DNA of 63,856 nucleotides. Source: Chiloscyllium plagiosum. Lineage: Eukaryota. Position 1 is the stretch's first letter. Each line of letters starts with the position of its first letter. The stretch spans positions 9,434,062 to 9,497,917 of the forward strand of contig NC_057750.1 of the NCBI RefSeq assembly GCF_004010195.1, in the 5' to 3' direction. The notes under the pieces are model-generated. The model was not told where the DNA came from, did not search any database, and saw nothing but the letters and a program-made list of their open reading frames with translations. The position numbers and the translations under genes were made by a program. This document shows positions 1-12,595 of the stretch, piece by piece.

Positions 1-21
1 CCACCGTGCCACCCCAATAAC

Positions 22-517
22 TGAGAAGTGTTGCATTTCCATAAGTCAAATCAGGGCAGGATTTGCACTGTTAATGGTGGGGCCCTGGGGAGTGTTATCC
101 ATCAGAGACACTTTCTCGCTCAGCTACATAGTTTCCTCAATGTGGCCTCACAGCTGGACAGGGTGGTGAAGGTGGCGTTTAGCTCGCTTGCCTTTACCCA
201 GTCAGCGCATTGCGTATAGGAGTTGGGACGTCATGTTGTGGCTGGACATGACGTTGGTGAGGCCACATTTGGAACACTGTGTGCAACTCCGGTCGCCCGG
301 CTACAGGAAGGATGTTATTACCTGGAGAGGGTTCAGAAACCACTTACCAGGATGTTGCCAGGAAAAGGAAGGTTTGAGTTATAAGGAGAAACTGGATAGG
401 CCGGGACTTGTATCCCTGGAGTGTTGGAGGCTGAGGGGTGACCTTATAAAATCATGAGGGCACATAGGTGAGGTGAATAGTCAAGGCCTTTTCCCCAGGG
501 TAGGGGAGTCCAAAACA
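22..517 (+). mobile_element. CR1/HER1-type LINE ORF2 3' fragment
   Basis: Translation TLVRPHLEHCVQ..PGYRKD..RLRGDLI, typical of the CR1 ORF2 C-terminus; truncated by a SINE. Confidence 0.85.
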
Positions 518-836
518 AGATTAGATTACTTACAGTGTGGAAACAGGCCCTTTGGCCCAACAAGTCCCTACTGACCCACCAAAGCACAACCCAGCCAGAC
601 CCATTTCCTTACATTAACCCCTTCACCTAACACTACGGGTAATTTAGCATGGCCAATTCACCTAACCTGCACATTTTTGGACTGTGGGAGGAAACTGGAG
701 CACCCGGAGGAAACCCACGCAGACATGGGGAGAATGTGCAAACTTCACACAGTCAGTCACCCAAGGTTGGAATCGAACCTGGGACCCTGGTGCTATGAGG
801 TAGCAGTGCTAACCACTGAGCTACCGTGCCGCCCCA
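518..836 (-). mobile_element. HE1-type V-SINE
   Basis: tRNA-like head (ggcacggtagctcagtggttagc...ggttcgattcc), V-domain and (taatc)n tail on the minus strand. Confidence 0.9.
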
Positions 837-1039
837 CGGATTTGAGGTGGGATGCAATGCATTCTGATAGTTGCACACAAACACTCAGGGATGCCAGAAA
901 CCTAAAGAGGGAGTGGGGAATGTTGGAAGACGAGGGAGAAACCTAGTGAGGGAGATTTATTACTCAGCCTTGTTGACACTCTGCTCAGGCTATTTGTGCG
1001 CTCTTCTGATCTCTCTGATTATAAAGTCAGTGCCCGTGT

Positions 1040-1160
1040 GTTTCTCTCCACCCCACCTGATGAAGGGGCAGTGCTCTGAAAGCTTGTGATTTCAAATAAA
1101 CCTGTCGGACTGCAACCTGGTGTGACCCCTGACCTTATCCACCATTGGCACCTCCACATG
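1040..1160 (+). mobile_element. Penelope-like terminal fragment with minimal hammerhead (1054-1088)
   Basis: cac-CTGATGA-a-ggggc-agt-gctct-GAAAGCTT-gtg followed by aataaacctg; same family as 16040-16242. Confidence 0.7.
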
Positions 1161-1161
1161 A

Positions 1162-1695
1162 TGTCAGGATGGTGAGTGGCACGGAGGGGATCTCCAAGGG
1201 GTGGTATTCCCACGCATCTGCTGCCCTTGTCTGTCTAGATCGTAATGGACATGGGTTTAGAAGATGCTGACTTAGGCATTTTGATGAATGGCTACAGTGT
1301 ATCTTGTAGATGGTACACACTGCTGTGACTGAGCGTCGCTGGTGGAGGGAGGCGATGTTTGTGGATGTGGAGGGCTGCTTTGTCCTGGATGGTGTCGAGC
1401 TTCTTGAGTGTTGTTGGAGTTGCCCCCATCCAGGGGCAAGTGGGGAGTATTCCCTCACACTCCTGACTTGTGCCTTGGAGATGGTGGACAGGCTTTGGGG
1501 AGTCACTCACCACAGTATTCCCAGCCTCTGACCTGCTCTTGTTGGTGTTCATGTGGTGAGTCCAACTGAGTTTCTGGTCAATGGTAACCCCCTAAGGAAG
1601 TTAAAGTTGGAGATTCTGAAATGGTAATACCATTGAATGTCATGGGGAGATGGTTAGATTCTCCTTTGTAGAAGATGGTCATTGCCGGACACTAG
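1162..1695 (-). mobile_element. CR1-like LINE fragment (second family)
   Basis: Translation TPQSLSTI.KAQVRSV.EYSPLA, same family as 41160-42085. Confidence 0.75.
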
Positions 1696-1949
1696 TGGGG
1701 GATTGAGTGATTGGAAAGCCATTGAATTTGAGGTGGGATGCAATGCATTCTGATAGTTGCACACAAACACTCACAGATGCCAGAAACCTAAAGAGGGAGT
1801 GGGGAATGTTGGAAGATGAGGGACAAACCTAGAGATGGAGATTCAGAGTAAGTTATAGGAGAAAGCTGGGTAAAATCTGACCCAGAGTGTGAGAGAGACA
1901 AGTGGGGATCGAGAGAAGTGTAGAAGCTGAACTACATCTTTGCAATTTG

Positions 1950-2240
1950 GCAGCACGGTGGCTCAGTGGTTAGTACTGCTGCCTCACAGCACCAGGGTCG
2001 CAGGTTCGATTCCAGCCTTGGGTGACTATCTGTGTGGAGTTTCATTCTCCCCGTGTCTGCGTGGGTTTCCTCCCATAGTCCAAAGATGTGCAGGTTAGGT
2101 GAATTGGCCATGCTAAATTGCCCGTAGTGTTAGTCAGAGGGAAATGGGTCTGGGTGGGTTACTCTTCAGAGGGTCGGTGTGGACTGGTTGGGCCGAAGGG
2201 CCTGTTTCCACAGGGGAGGGAATCGAATCTATAAATCTAA
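1950..2240 (+). mobile_element. HE1-type V-SINE
   Basis: tRNA head with A/B boxes, V-domain and CR1-like tail. Confidence 0.9.
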
Positions 2241-2723
2241 TTGCTCTGGGAGGGTGGACAAGAGAAATAGCAGTTTCAGGAACAGGTTGGCAGCAGAGAT
2301 AGGAAAGGAAGTGTTCCATATGTGAGACAATGACTGTGATTTTGAGATTGGAATGTGAAGCTGGGGGTGGGTGAGGTAGAAACAGTCAGATGAAAAAGAA
2401 GCAGAAATCGCGGGAGACAGCTCAGCAGGGTGAGGCAGCGTGTGTGAGGTGAAATCAGAACGTTAATGGAGGTCGAGAGTTAATGTTCTAAAGCGAGGCC
2501 CCTCAATCTGAGCTCCGCTTTCTCTTCACCGAGTTCCCCAGTGGTTTCTGACTTTGTTTATGGTTTCCAGCATCCGCAGTTGTTTTGGGGTTTTGTTTTG
2601 GTCAAAAGAAAACAATCCTAACTCTCCATACTCCACTCTTCACAGTATCAGGGTATAGAACTGATGGGCAGAAGGGACAGACAGCAGAATGGGTGTATCC
2701 AAGAGGCAGCTGGATAAGGGGAT

Positions 2724-3120
2724 AGAGTCGTAGAGATGTGCAGCACGGAAACAGACCCTTCGGCCCAACTCGTCCATGCCGACCAGATATCCCAACCTAA
2801 TCCAGTCCCATTTGCCAGCACTTGGCCCATATCCCGCTAAACTATTCCTGTTCATACTAGGATTAGAGTGGTGCTGGAAAAGCACAGCAGGTCAGGCAGC
2901 ATCCGAGGAGTAGGAAAATCGATGTTTCAGACAAAACCCTCCCTGATAAAGGGCTTTTGCCCGAAACGTTGATTTTCCTGCTCCTCGGATGCTGCCTGAT
3001 CTGCTGTGCTTTTCCAGCGCCACTCTAATCTTGACTCCGATCTCCAGCATCTACAGTACCCACCTCCGCCTTCCTATTCATACACCCATCCAGATGCCTT
3101 TTTAAATGTTATCATTGTAA
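2724..3120 (-). mobile_element. CR1 LINE 3' end interrupted by a PLE insertion
   Basis: CR1 3'UTR (acagacccttcggcccaactcg...) resumes after 3071. Confidence 0.8.
2858..3070. mobile_element. palindromic mini Penelope-like element
   Basis: Inverted arms centred near 2940 on a mutated hammerhead; TSD ttcctg/attcatac at 2845-2857 and 3071-3083. Confidence 0.8.
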
Positions 3121-3429
3121 CGAGGGTGAAAAGAATAGGTTATCCTTGTCTGCGATGCGTATGCACTAGCACAGACTAGATGGAACAAATGGCCTGATAT
3201 CGAATTCTTTTTGTGGGTATTGACTGGTTAAAAACCAGCATTTGCTGTCCGTCCCTCATTGCCCTTGAGCTCAGTGGCTTGGCTAGGTGCCCACTTCGGA
3301 GGGCAACAGCCAACCCACCACATGACTGTGGGTCTCGAGTCACCGGGTGAAGACGGCAGAGTTGCCTCCCTCTCGTGAACCAAACTGAGCAGTTACCAAC
3401 GATAACGGTCTTAGCCACCCTCACTGAGG

Positions 3430-3665
3430 CTGGAAACGAAATCGGAAATCGCTGGAAAAGCTCAGTAGGCCAGGCAGCGTTGATGGAGGAGAGAAAACAG
3501 AACGTTAATGTTACGAAAGCAGAGTTAACGTTTCACCGTTCTGAAGAAGGGACTCCAGACTCGAAACGTTAACTCTGCTTTCTCTCCAAAGATGCTGCCA
3601 GCTCTGCTGACTTTCACCAGCAACGTCCGCTTTTATTTCTGATTTCCAGCATTCGCTGTTTTCTT
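3430..3665. mobile_element. palindromic PLE-like element with hammerhead (3538-3573)
   Basis: gtt-CTGAAGA...GAAACGTT-aac, with an inverted arm upstream. Confidence 0.65.
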
Positions 3666-3784
3666 AAGATGGTTTTGTTTAATGATTGAGACTGGGTTTG
3701 TCTCACAGTTTGAGTCTATTGATGTGGTGGGATTTGAACTCACACCCTCAGAATTAGGATTCGGGATTAAATGTTGAGAGGCAC

Positions 3785-3987
3785 CACACACACACACACA
3801 CACACTCTCTCACACACACACTCTCACACACACACACACACTCTCTCACACACACACACTCTCACACTCACACACACACTCTCTCTCTCACTCACACACA
3901 TTCACACACACACACTCACACACACACACTCTTTCTCACACACACTCACACATACACACACACTCACACATACACACACACTCACAC
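3785..3987. repeat. (CA)n/(CT)n compound microsatellite
   Basis: Directly visible. Confidence 0.95.
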
Positions 3988-4058
3988 CAGCATCTCTCTG
4001 CCGTTGAGCTCTACATGCTAGACACATTGAAGATACAACTGAGGCAGCTGTGGGAGAC

Positions 4059-4492
4059 ATAGAGTCATCCAGTATGGAAACAGACCCTTCGGTCCAAACA
4101 GTTCATGCTGACCATAATCCCAAACTAAACTAGTCCCACCTGCCTGCTCCTGGCCCATATCCCTCCAAACCTCTCCCCTTCATGTACTTATCCAAATGTC
4201 TTTTAAACATTGTAACTGTATCTACATCCACCTCTTCCTCAGAAAGTTCATTCCACACATGAACCACTCTGTGTAAAAGAAGTTGCCCCTCATGTTTTTT
4301 TAAATCTTACTCCTATCAATGATGCCCCCAGTCTTGAAATCCCCCAACCCTAGGGAAAAGACACTTCCCCATTCACCTTATCCACACCCCTCATGATTTT
4401 ATAACCTCCATAACGTCACCCTTCAACCTCCTACGCTCCAGCGAAAGGAGTCCCAGTCTATCCAGCCTCTCTTTATAACTCAAACCCTCCAT
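4059..4492 (-). mobile_element. CR1 LINE 3' fragment
   Basis: Reverse complement of the CR1 ORF2 end and 3'UTR. Confidence 0.8.
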
Positions 4493-4559
4493 TTGGTATT
4501 GTATCACAGTTACTCGAGAACAGGTCTCTAGTCTGTCAGCCTGACTGCAACGGGTTCAG

Positions 4560-4862
4560 AGCACCAGGAACCCAGGTTCAATTCTAGTCTTGGGCGACTG
4601 TCTGTGTGGAGTTTGCACGTTCTCCCCGACTATGCGTGGGTTTCCTCGGGGTGCTCCGGTTTCCTCCCACAATCCAAAGATGTGCAGGTCAGGGTGGATT
4701 GGCTGTGTGCAATTACCCACAGTGCCCAGGGATGTGTAGGGTCGGTGGGTTAGCTATGGGGAATGTCGGGTTACAGGGTAAGGGGATGGGTCTGGGTGGG
4801 ATGCTCTTCGGAGGGTCGATTTGGACTCGATGGGCCGAATGGCCTGCTGTAGGGATTCTATG
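4560..4862 (+). mobile_element. HE1-type V-SINE (5' damaged)
   Basis: B box, V-domain and tail. Confidence 0.85.
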
Positions 4863-5624
4863 TGTCCTCGCACCAATCTCGGGGAGGGGTGGCCCATGAA
4901 AGACAAACACAGCCATTTCAACAGCAGCTTCCAAATTAACAGTCAGCATCAAAACGTATTGGAAGGCTGAATTGGAAGCCTCATTTTTATTTTAGTTTTT
5001 TTTCAGACAGCCTGAAACAGATTCCACGTTCGGTTGATGAGGGGCCTACGGAGTGGGGGTGGGGGAAGAAGAAAAGCTATCCACTCCCACTCCCAATGCT
5101 TTAAAATACAAAACGCCAGGACCGAAGAGAGAGGTGAGAGGCTGTCCCCCCAGAAGCAAACAAGAGGGCCCTCTCTTTCGCCCCCTCTCCCTTCCGCTTC
5201 CCCTTGGAACAAAATATGCATTCATGTCGCTGCCTTTTCGCTGAAGGAGCTGCAGAGCGAGGAGTCAAAAGGCTTCACGTCGGTGATGCTGAGGGGTAAC
5301 CGTGGTAACGGTTGCACCCTGGCGACAGGGGCTCAGAATGCGTTGTTTGTGGGCCTGAGACAGAGAGTGTGAATTAGTCACAGCCTTGGGTAAGGGAGAG
5401 TGGGGGGTTGGTGAGTGGGGGGGGGCGGGGGCGCTCTTACAATGTCATCGAACGTAGAACAGTAGAACGCAGGTCCTTCGGCCTTCCATATCTGTGCTGA
5501 CCCTCAGCGAATCCCCTCTGCCTCCATCTGGTTTCTGCCTGTTTATGTCACTATCTAAGTGCGTCTTGAACGCCCCTATCCTATCTGCCTCTACCCCTCC
5601 CCCCCACCCCCGGCAGCATGTTCC

Positions 5625-6184
5625 ATGTTAGGCCGCTAATAGAATACAGCGTCCAGTTCTGGTCTCCCTGCTAAAGAAAAAACATTGTGAAACTTGAAAG
5701 GGTTCAGAAAAGATTTACAAGGATGTTGCCAGGGTTGGAGCGTTTGAGGTATGGGACATGCTGAACAGGCTGGGGCTGTTTTCCCTGGAGCGTCGGAGGC
5801 TGAGGGGTGACTTTATAGAGGTTTATAAAATCATGAGAGACATGGATAGGGTAAACAGGCAAAGTCTTTTCCCTGGGGTGGGGGAGTCCAGAACTAGAGG
5901 ACATAGGTTTAAGGTGAGAGGGGAAAGATTTAAAAGAGGCCTGAGGGGCAACTTTTTCTTGCAGAGGGTGGTACGTGTATGGAATGAGCTGCCAGAGGAA
6001 GTGGTGGTGGCTGGTACAATTACAGCATTTAAAAGGCATCTGGATGGGTACATGAATAGGAAGGGTTTGGAGGAAAATGGGCCAAGTGTTGGCAAATGGG
6101 ACTAGATTAATTTAGGATATCTGGTCGGCATGGACGAGTTGGACCGAAGGGTCTGTTTCTGTGCTAAACATCTCTATGACTCTA
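5625..6184 (+). mobile_element. CR1/HER1 LINE 3' end
   Basis: ORF LNRLGLFSLERRRLRGD..RTRGH..FFLQRVVRVWNELP and (ctatgact) tail. Confidence 0.92.
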
Positions 6185-6199
6185 TTTTGTGCCGAACTT

Positions 6200-6650
6200 G
6201 ATGCCTAATTAAACTAATCCCTTATGCCTGCCCACGTGTCATATCCCTCCCTTCCTTGCATATCTTGTGTTTATCTAAAAGCCCCTTAAACACTCCTATC
6301 ATATCTGTCCCCACCACCATCCTCTGGCAGCAGGTTCCAGACTCTCTGGGTAAAGACAACTTGCCCCTCACATCTCCTTTGAACTTTCCCCCTCTCACCT
6401 TAACTGCATGCCTCCAGTAGTAGACATTTCAACTCTGGGAAAAGGATTTTGACTGTCAATCGTATCTCATAATTTTATAGCCTTCTATCAAGTCTCCCCT
6501 CAGCCTCCAGAGTAAACAACCTGAGTTTTTCCAGCCTCTCCTTATCGCTCATACCCTCTAACCTAGGCAGCTTCCTGGTGAACCTCTTCTGCACCCTCTC
6601 CAACGCCTCCACATCCTTCCTGTCATGTGGCGACCAGAACTGAATGCAAT
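6200..6650 (-). mobile_element. older CR1 LINE fragment
   Basis: Translation CIQFWSPHDRKDVEALERVQKRFTR. Confidence 0.8.
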
Positions 6651-6679
6651 CTCCTTTGAAAGTTTCCCCTCTCACCGTT

Positions 6680-7110
6680 TCATTCACAGGATGAGGGCAC
6701 CACTGTCTCGGCCCAGCATTTACTGCCCATCCCAGAGGGCAGTTAAGAATGAACCCCATCGCTGTGGGTCTGGAGTCACGTGTAGGCCGAGACCAGGTAA
6801 GGATGGCAGATTCCATCCCTAAAGCGGATCAGTGAACCTGATGGGATTTTTCCAACAACCATGGTCATCATTAGACACTTAATTCCAGATTTTTAATTGA
6901 ATTCAAATGCCACCATCTGCCGTGGTGAGATTTGGACCCCAGAACACTACCTGGGTCTCAGGATTAACTGATGAAGGGCTTATGCCCAAAATGTCGATTC
7001 TCCTGCTCCTCGGATGCTGCTTCGCTTTTTCATTACCACACTCTCGACTCTGACTCTCCAGCATCTGCAGTCCTCAGGGTTAACTACCCAGCAATAATCC
7101 CACTAGGCCA
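6680..7110 (-). mobile_element. tRNA-derived SINE with LF-SINE-like tail; PLE fragment inserted at 6970-7072
   Basis: Same family as 14800-15135; insert flanked by ctcagg(a/g)ttaact at 6957-6969 and 7073-7085. Confidence 0.65.
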
Positions 7111-7460
7111 TCATCTCTCCTCCACCTATTCCCTTAGCATTTGACATTTGCACACCGGGAAAATGGCTGACCATCCACACTATCTATGCTTCTCATTAGT
7201 TTATACACCGCTGTCAGGTTGCCCCTTAGCCTCTGATGCTCTTGTGAAAACAATCCAAGTTTGTCCAATCTCTCCTTTCAGTTGATGCACTCCTTCCCAG
7301 GCAATATCCTCTTTTACACCCTCTCCAAGACCTTCACATCTTTCCTATAGTGTGGTAACCAGAACTGCACACAATACTCCGAATGTGGTCTCTCTAATGC
7401 TTCCCACAACTTGTGTTCTCAATGCCCCAACAGATGAAGACAAACATGCCACACACCTTC

Positions 7461-7973
7461 TGAAATAATTCCACAGGATCTGATACCCCTTCACCAAGTC
7501 ACCCTTTATTTACACGTGGAGAGTCCTCGACACTGACCCAGCTCCCTCAGAGACTGCTCTCAGAGTGAGCAGAACCCCAGACACTCCTGTTTATATCTTT
7601 TTTTCTAACAGCCGAGTGGCCAGTGACAAGCAGTGCCCTTCTTAACAAAGGGCAAGTGACTCCTATTTATATCTAGGCAAAAGTGAGGGCTGCAGATGCT
7701 GGAGATTAGAGTCGAGTGTGGTGCTGGAAAAGCACAGCAGGTCAGGCAGCATCTGAGGAGCGTGAGAATCGACGTTTTGGGCAAAAGTCCTTCATTGCCC
7801 GAAACGTCGACTCTCCTGTTCCTCGGATGCTGCCTGACCTGCTGTGCTTTTCCAGCACCACACTCTTGACTCCTGTTTCGGTCTGTCAGCCAAGACTCCC
7901 TGATTGGACCAGGTTAACAGCCCCAGTCAGGGAACTCATAAACCACCTGGCTAACCTCGTTACAATCACTGCA
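7461..7973 (-). mobile_element. solo LTR-like element, interrupted
   Basis: TG...CA termini and AATAAA on the minus strand; second copy at 54365-55390. Confidence 0.55.
7675..7868. mobile_element. palindromic mini Penelope-like element
   Basis: Inverted arms joined at hammerhead stem II (about 7790). Confidence 0.8.
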
Positions 7974-8734
7974 CCTTCTTTCTCACCGATATCGTCTAAC
8001 CTGAGTGACCGTAAGTGAATTGGAATTGCAGGCTTTATTTTGTTTTTGTTTCTGATGCGGTTTTGGTTTCCCATCCAGTTTCTTTAACTCTCACGCAGGC
8101 TTCTGCTCCCAGCTAGGCCTCAGTGACGGCCCACTGAGTGTGTGAGGGGCCCGAAGCCCTGGAGTCTGTGATTTCTTCCCCCCTCCCCCACAAACCCATT
8201 CCTAATACAACAGTCTCTAGGTTACACCCACAGTCCCTCATTTCACCTTCTGCTTTTGTTTAGAGTTCAAAGAGGCACAAGGCCACAGTTTGACATCGGT
8301 CACTGGTTTGGCCAGCCTGGAGTTTCCCATCACCAGGATCTCCTTGAGGCCTTGCAATTCTGGCCTAGTATGACCGTCCCCTCCACACCACCTCCCCAGC
8401 AGGACCCGTCGTAAGGCCAGCCTGACTGAGGTAGTCAGTACTTGGCACCATTAGCTCCACTCAAGTGGAGATAAACGCCGGCGACGTCTGGTCCCAGCTT
8501 AAACCGAATCTTTCCGTTCAGAAAAAAGGATGAGGGAGAGGGAAAAGAATCCCAAGAAACGGACGCAGCGAGGAGCTGGTTCTCGGGAATAGCCAGTTTT
8601 CAGGGAATCTCCAAACTCTGCTTTCATCTGCAGGAGCTTCCCAAGGTTCTCCCGGTGCCCAACCCCCCCCCCCTTGTGCTCGTTATTGACTCCCTCCCCC
8701 AAACCCTGTCAGACCCATCTCACATCGCCCCCCC

Positions 8735-8911
8735 NNNNNNNNNNNNNNNNNNNNNNNNNNNNNNNNNNNNNNNNNNNNNNNNNNNNNNNNNNNNNNNNNN
8801 NNNNNNNNNNNNNNNNNNNNNNNNNNNNNNNNNNNNNNNNNNNNNNNNNNNNNNNNNNNNNNNNNNNNNNNNNNNNNNNNNNNNNNNNNNNNNNNNNNNN
8901 NNNNNNNNNNN
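8735..8911. other. assembly gap (177 N)
   Basis: Run of N. Confidence 1.
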
Positions 8912-9464
8912 GACAGTGTCTTGCAAATTTTTTTAAACAAACCTCCACACGCTTCCCGGTGACAAAGGGTCACAGCGAATGCCATCTGCTTCACCCTGAC
9001 CCTTGGGGAGAGAGTCAAGGTTCACCATGCTCCCCTCCCCCCCACCCCCCATCCGCAACCCTGACCACAAATCTCTGGCGGCAGTGACTGCCTCGACTGC
9101 CCCCCCCCAGTCACCCTTGCCTGGTGAAGGGTCATATCTGGTGCCCACCAGATCCCGGTGAGGGAAAGGACATGGCACTGCCCCGTCGCCCGAGCTCTGG
9201 CACCACTGGGATCGCCCCATCCACCCGTCGCCGGGTAAAACCACACCATCCGTTCCAATTTGAGGGGTGGAGGGTGGCGAGGACGGGGGGTGGAGGTATG
9301 GGGAGTGGAAAGGAATGGGAGGGGGGGTCTGTGTCAGCCAGGAATGTCGCATCTGGTGGTTGCTTATTTTGACTCCCTCAGTGGGTATTTCCCAGATTAC
9401 CTGAGAGTGGGAAGCCTGGGAATAAACTCCCAGGGACAGAGTCACAAGCAAGTGGAGACAATGA

Positions 9465-10000
9465 ATTAAATTCCAGTTTCGACTGCACTCCTGGGTATGT
9501 TATTCTATATATAAATGCCCCAAACCCTCGATTAAATTCCAGTCTGTAACTCCCTCCCGGGTATCTGTTATTCTATATATAAATCCCCTGAACCCCTCAG
9601 TTAGATTCCAGTCTGTAACTCACTCCCAGGTAGCTGTTATTCTATATATAAACCCCCCGAACTCCTCAATCAGATTCCAGTCTGTAACTCACTTCCAGGC
9701 AGCTGTTATTCTGTCTATAACCCCCCCGAATCCCTCAGTTAGATTCCAGTCTGTAACACACTCCTGAGTAACGGTTATTCCATATCTAAAACCCCAAAAC
9801 CCTCGCTTAGATTCCAGTCTGTAACTCACTTCCAGGTATCTGTTAATTTGTGTATAAACCATCTCGAAACCTTTCATTAGTTTCCAGTCTATATCTCACT
9901 CCTGGGTATCTGTTATTCTAAATATAAACCCCACTGAATCCCTCGATTAGATTCCAGCCTGTAACTCCCTCCTGGGTAGTTCTCATTCTGTATATAAATC
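9465..10000. repeat. minisatellite, about 69 bp x 8
   Basis: Unit ttagattccagtctgtaactcactcccgggtatctgttattctatatataaacccc... Confidence 0.9.
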
Positions 10001-10124
10001 ACACTCCCCCCACCCCCCCAACAAAATAGTCAGTTAGATTCCTGGCTGTTTTTCTATTTCTTAATGTCCAAAACTGACAGTTAAACTGCTCCCAGGTCTT
10101 TATGCAACGAAATGAGGAAGATAT

Positions 10125-10420
10125 GTGCAGTACCGTGGCTCAGTTGTTAGCACTGCTGCCTCACAGTGCTAAGGACCCGGGTTCGATTCCACCCTCGGGT
10201 GACTGTCTGTGTGGAGTTTGCACATTCTCCCCGTGTCTGTGTGGGTTTCCTCCGGGTGCTCCGGTTTCCTCCTGCAATCCAAAGATGTGCAGGTTAGGGT
10301 GGATTGGCCGTGGGAAATTGCCCAGGGATGTACAGGCTGGGTGGGTTAACCAATGATACGCACCCATTACAGACTCAATGGGCTGAATGGTCTCTTACTG
10401 TGCTGTATGCATTCTATACA
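10125..10420 (+). mobile_element. HE1-type V-SINE
   Basis: tRNA head plus V-domain. Confidence 0.88.
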
Positions 10421-10659
10421 CCTGAGGGGGAGGCCTCCCTTGGTTGGAAAGTAGTACAGTGGGTTGGGTGAAAGTACTGCCAGTCTGTGGTGAAACACCA
10501 CACAGACAGTGGTGAAACCTCCCAGTGGGTACAGGGCTGTCCATGATCCGCAGTTGGCTTCCTCATCTCTGCCAAGCTGGCCTGTAAGTGACTCCTGTCC
10601 AGAGATACTCAGCCAGACTGGGATAATTTTCCTGCTATTCCTGGACGCGGGAGAATGGA

Positions 10660-10800
10660 ATCAACAATGGTTTCTCCTCCTGCTGCCGCATGGTCATCTC
10701 CAGTGTCCCACCAAGGGGTGACCCTTGATCCCTGTCCTCATCCACCTGCTGCCCCTGGGTGATGCCATCTCTGAAGGTTCACGTGGCATGTCTGACCCCC
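10660..10800 (+). mobile_element. L2-type LINE RT remnant
   Basis: Degenerate, frameshifted NGFSS...SVP(QG)...LPLGD RT motif. Confidence 0.5.
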
Positions 10801-10827
10801 TTCATCGTCAATTTCCAGAGATGGCGT

Positions 10828-11327
10828 NNNNNNNNNNNNNNNNNNNNNNNNNNNNNNNNNNNNNNNNNNNNNNNNNNNNNNNNNNNNNNNNNNNNNNNNN
10901 NNNNNNNNNNNNNNNNNNNNNNNNNNNNNNNNNNNNNNNNNNNNNNNNNNNNNNNNNNNNNNNNNNNNNNNNNNNNNNNNNNNNNNNNNNNNNNNNNNNN
11001 NNNNNNNNNNNNNNNNNNNNNNNNNNNNNNNNNNNNNNNNNNNNNNNNNNNNNNNNNNNNNNNNNNNNNNNNNNNNNNNNNNNNNNNNNNNNNNNNNNNN
11101 NNNNNNNNNNNNNNNNNNNNNNNNNNNNNNNNNNNNNNNNNNNNNNNNNNNNNNNNNNNNNNNNNNNNNNNNNNNNNNNNNNNNNNNNNNNNNNNNNNNN
11201 NNNNNNNNNNNNNNNNNNNNNNNNNNNNNNNNNNNNNNNNNNNNNNNNNNNNNNNNNNNNNNNNNNNNNNNNNNNNNNNNNNNNNNNNNNNNNNNNNNNN
11301 NNNNNNNNNNNNNNNNNNNNNNNNNNN
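10828..11327. other. assembly gap (exactly 500 N, probably an arbitrary-size scaffold join)
   Basis: Run of N of round length. Confidence 1.
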
Positions 11328-11723
11328 ATTTTTGGGGATTTGGTAGGGGGAGGTGGGGAGGGGGGGGGGGAAGGGTGGGACAGGGGTTGAGTACTTATAA
11401 GGTTTGAATGATCTGCTGACTTCCATAACAATGATAGAGAGTGAAATTCCTGTCGCACAGAATGTCTTGCCATTATCCTATTATGTTTCCAGTCATTGGC
11501 CAGACTGCATTTTTCACAAACAGGCTGACAGGATAGCTAACAATTCGGGAGCCTTTCACTCACACTGATGCTGTCTGGTCTAGCAATCACTCGCTCGCTG
11601 TTCACAGGAGACCCTCTGCAATACTCACCGTCCCCCTTCTTTGAATCATCGCGTGACAGGATCAATGATAACAGGCTAAAATAATGTCGTCGGGTTTATT
11701 TCCGAAAAACGTCTTATACAGAA

Positions 11724-12060
11724 GCATGGTGGCTCAGTGATGGTAAGCTCACAGCACCTGGGACCTGGGTTCAATTCCAGCCTCAGGCGACTGACTGTGT
11801 GGAGTTTGCACGTTCTCCCTGTGTCTGCGTGGGTTTCCTCCGGGTGCTCCGGTTTCCTCCCACAGTCACAAAGATGTGCAGGTTCGGGTGGATTGGCCAT
11901 GGTAAATTGCTCATAGTGCTCAGGGATGTGTAGTTTATGGGCATTAGTCAGGGGGAAATGTAGAGTAATAGGGTAGGGGAATGGGTCTGGTTTGGTTACT
12001 CTTCGGAGGGTTGGCGTGGACTTGGGCTGAATGGCCTGTTTCCACACTGTAGGGATTATA
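11724..12060 (+). mobile_element. HE1-type V-SINE
   Basis: Head, V-domain and tail. Confidence 0.9.
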
Positions 12061-12266
12061 TAAAGTGCATTGTGATGGCTCTCTCATTTGGGGGGATAAT
12101 GGGCAACTCAGGGGGCAGTTTGAGGCAGGAGGAGGCATTGAGGCTAGGGAAGGTAAGTAGGTAGTGGGGAATGTGGTGACCAGGCAGACCCCTGGTGCTC
12201 TCGGTCTCCACCTATGAGCTTCCTTCAGTGCAGGTCAGTGTAGAGTGTGTTGTTGGGTCTCAAGGG

Positions 12267-12595
12267 GGCAAGTGGCTCAGTGGTTAACAATGCTGCATCA
12301 CAGCACCAGTTCGATTCCCGCCTCTGGCGACTGACTGTGTGGAGTTTGCACGTTCTCCCCGTGTCTGTGTGGGTTCCCTCCGGGTGGTCCAGTTTCCTCC
12401 CACAGTCCAAAGACGTGTACGTTAAGATGGATTGGCCATGCTAAATTGCCCATTATGTCCAGGGATGTGTAGGTTAGGTGCACTAGTTAAGGGTAAATGT
12501 AGGGTAGGGGAACGGGTCTGGGTGAGGTACTCTTCGGAGGGTCAGTGTGGACTTGTTGGGCTGAAGGGCCTGTTTCCACACTGTAGGAAATCTAG
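12267..12595 (+). mobile_element. HE1-type V-SINE
   Basis: Head, V-domain and tail. Confidence 0.9.

Noticed and set aside
1950..2020. tRNA genes
   Set aside because: tRNA-like sequences are SINE heads continuing into the V-domain.
8099..8140. Acceptor followed by GF..LGLSDGP, like the GFYELSEGP exon
   Set aside because: Similarity is too short and the frame closes quickly.
9187..9201. RPSSG peptide resembling the end of Dact exon 2
   Set aside because: No GT donor after the phase-1 G and no leucine-zipper sequence upstream.
10725..11473. Long ORFs in several frames
   Set aside because: Artefacts of reading through N runs.
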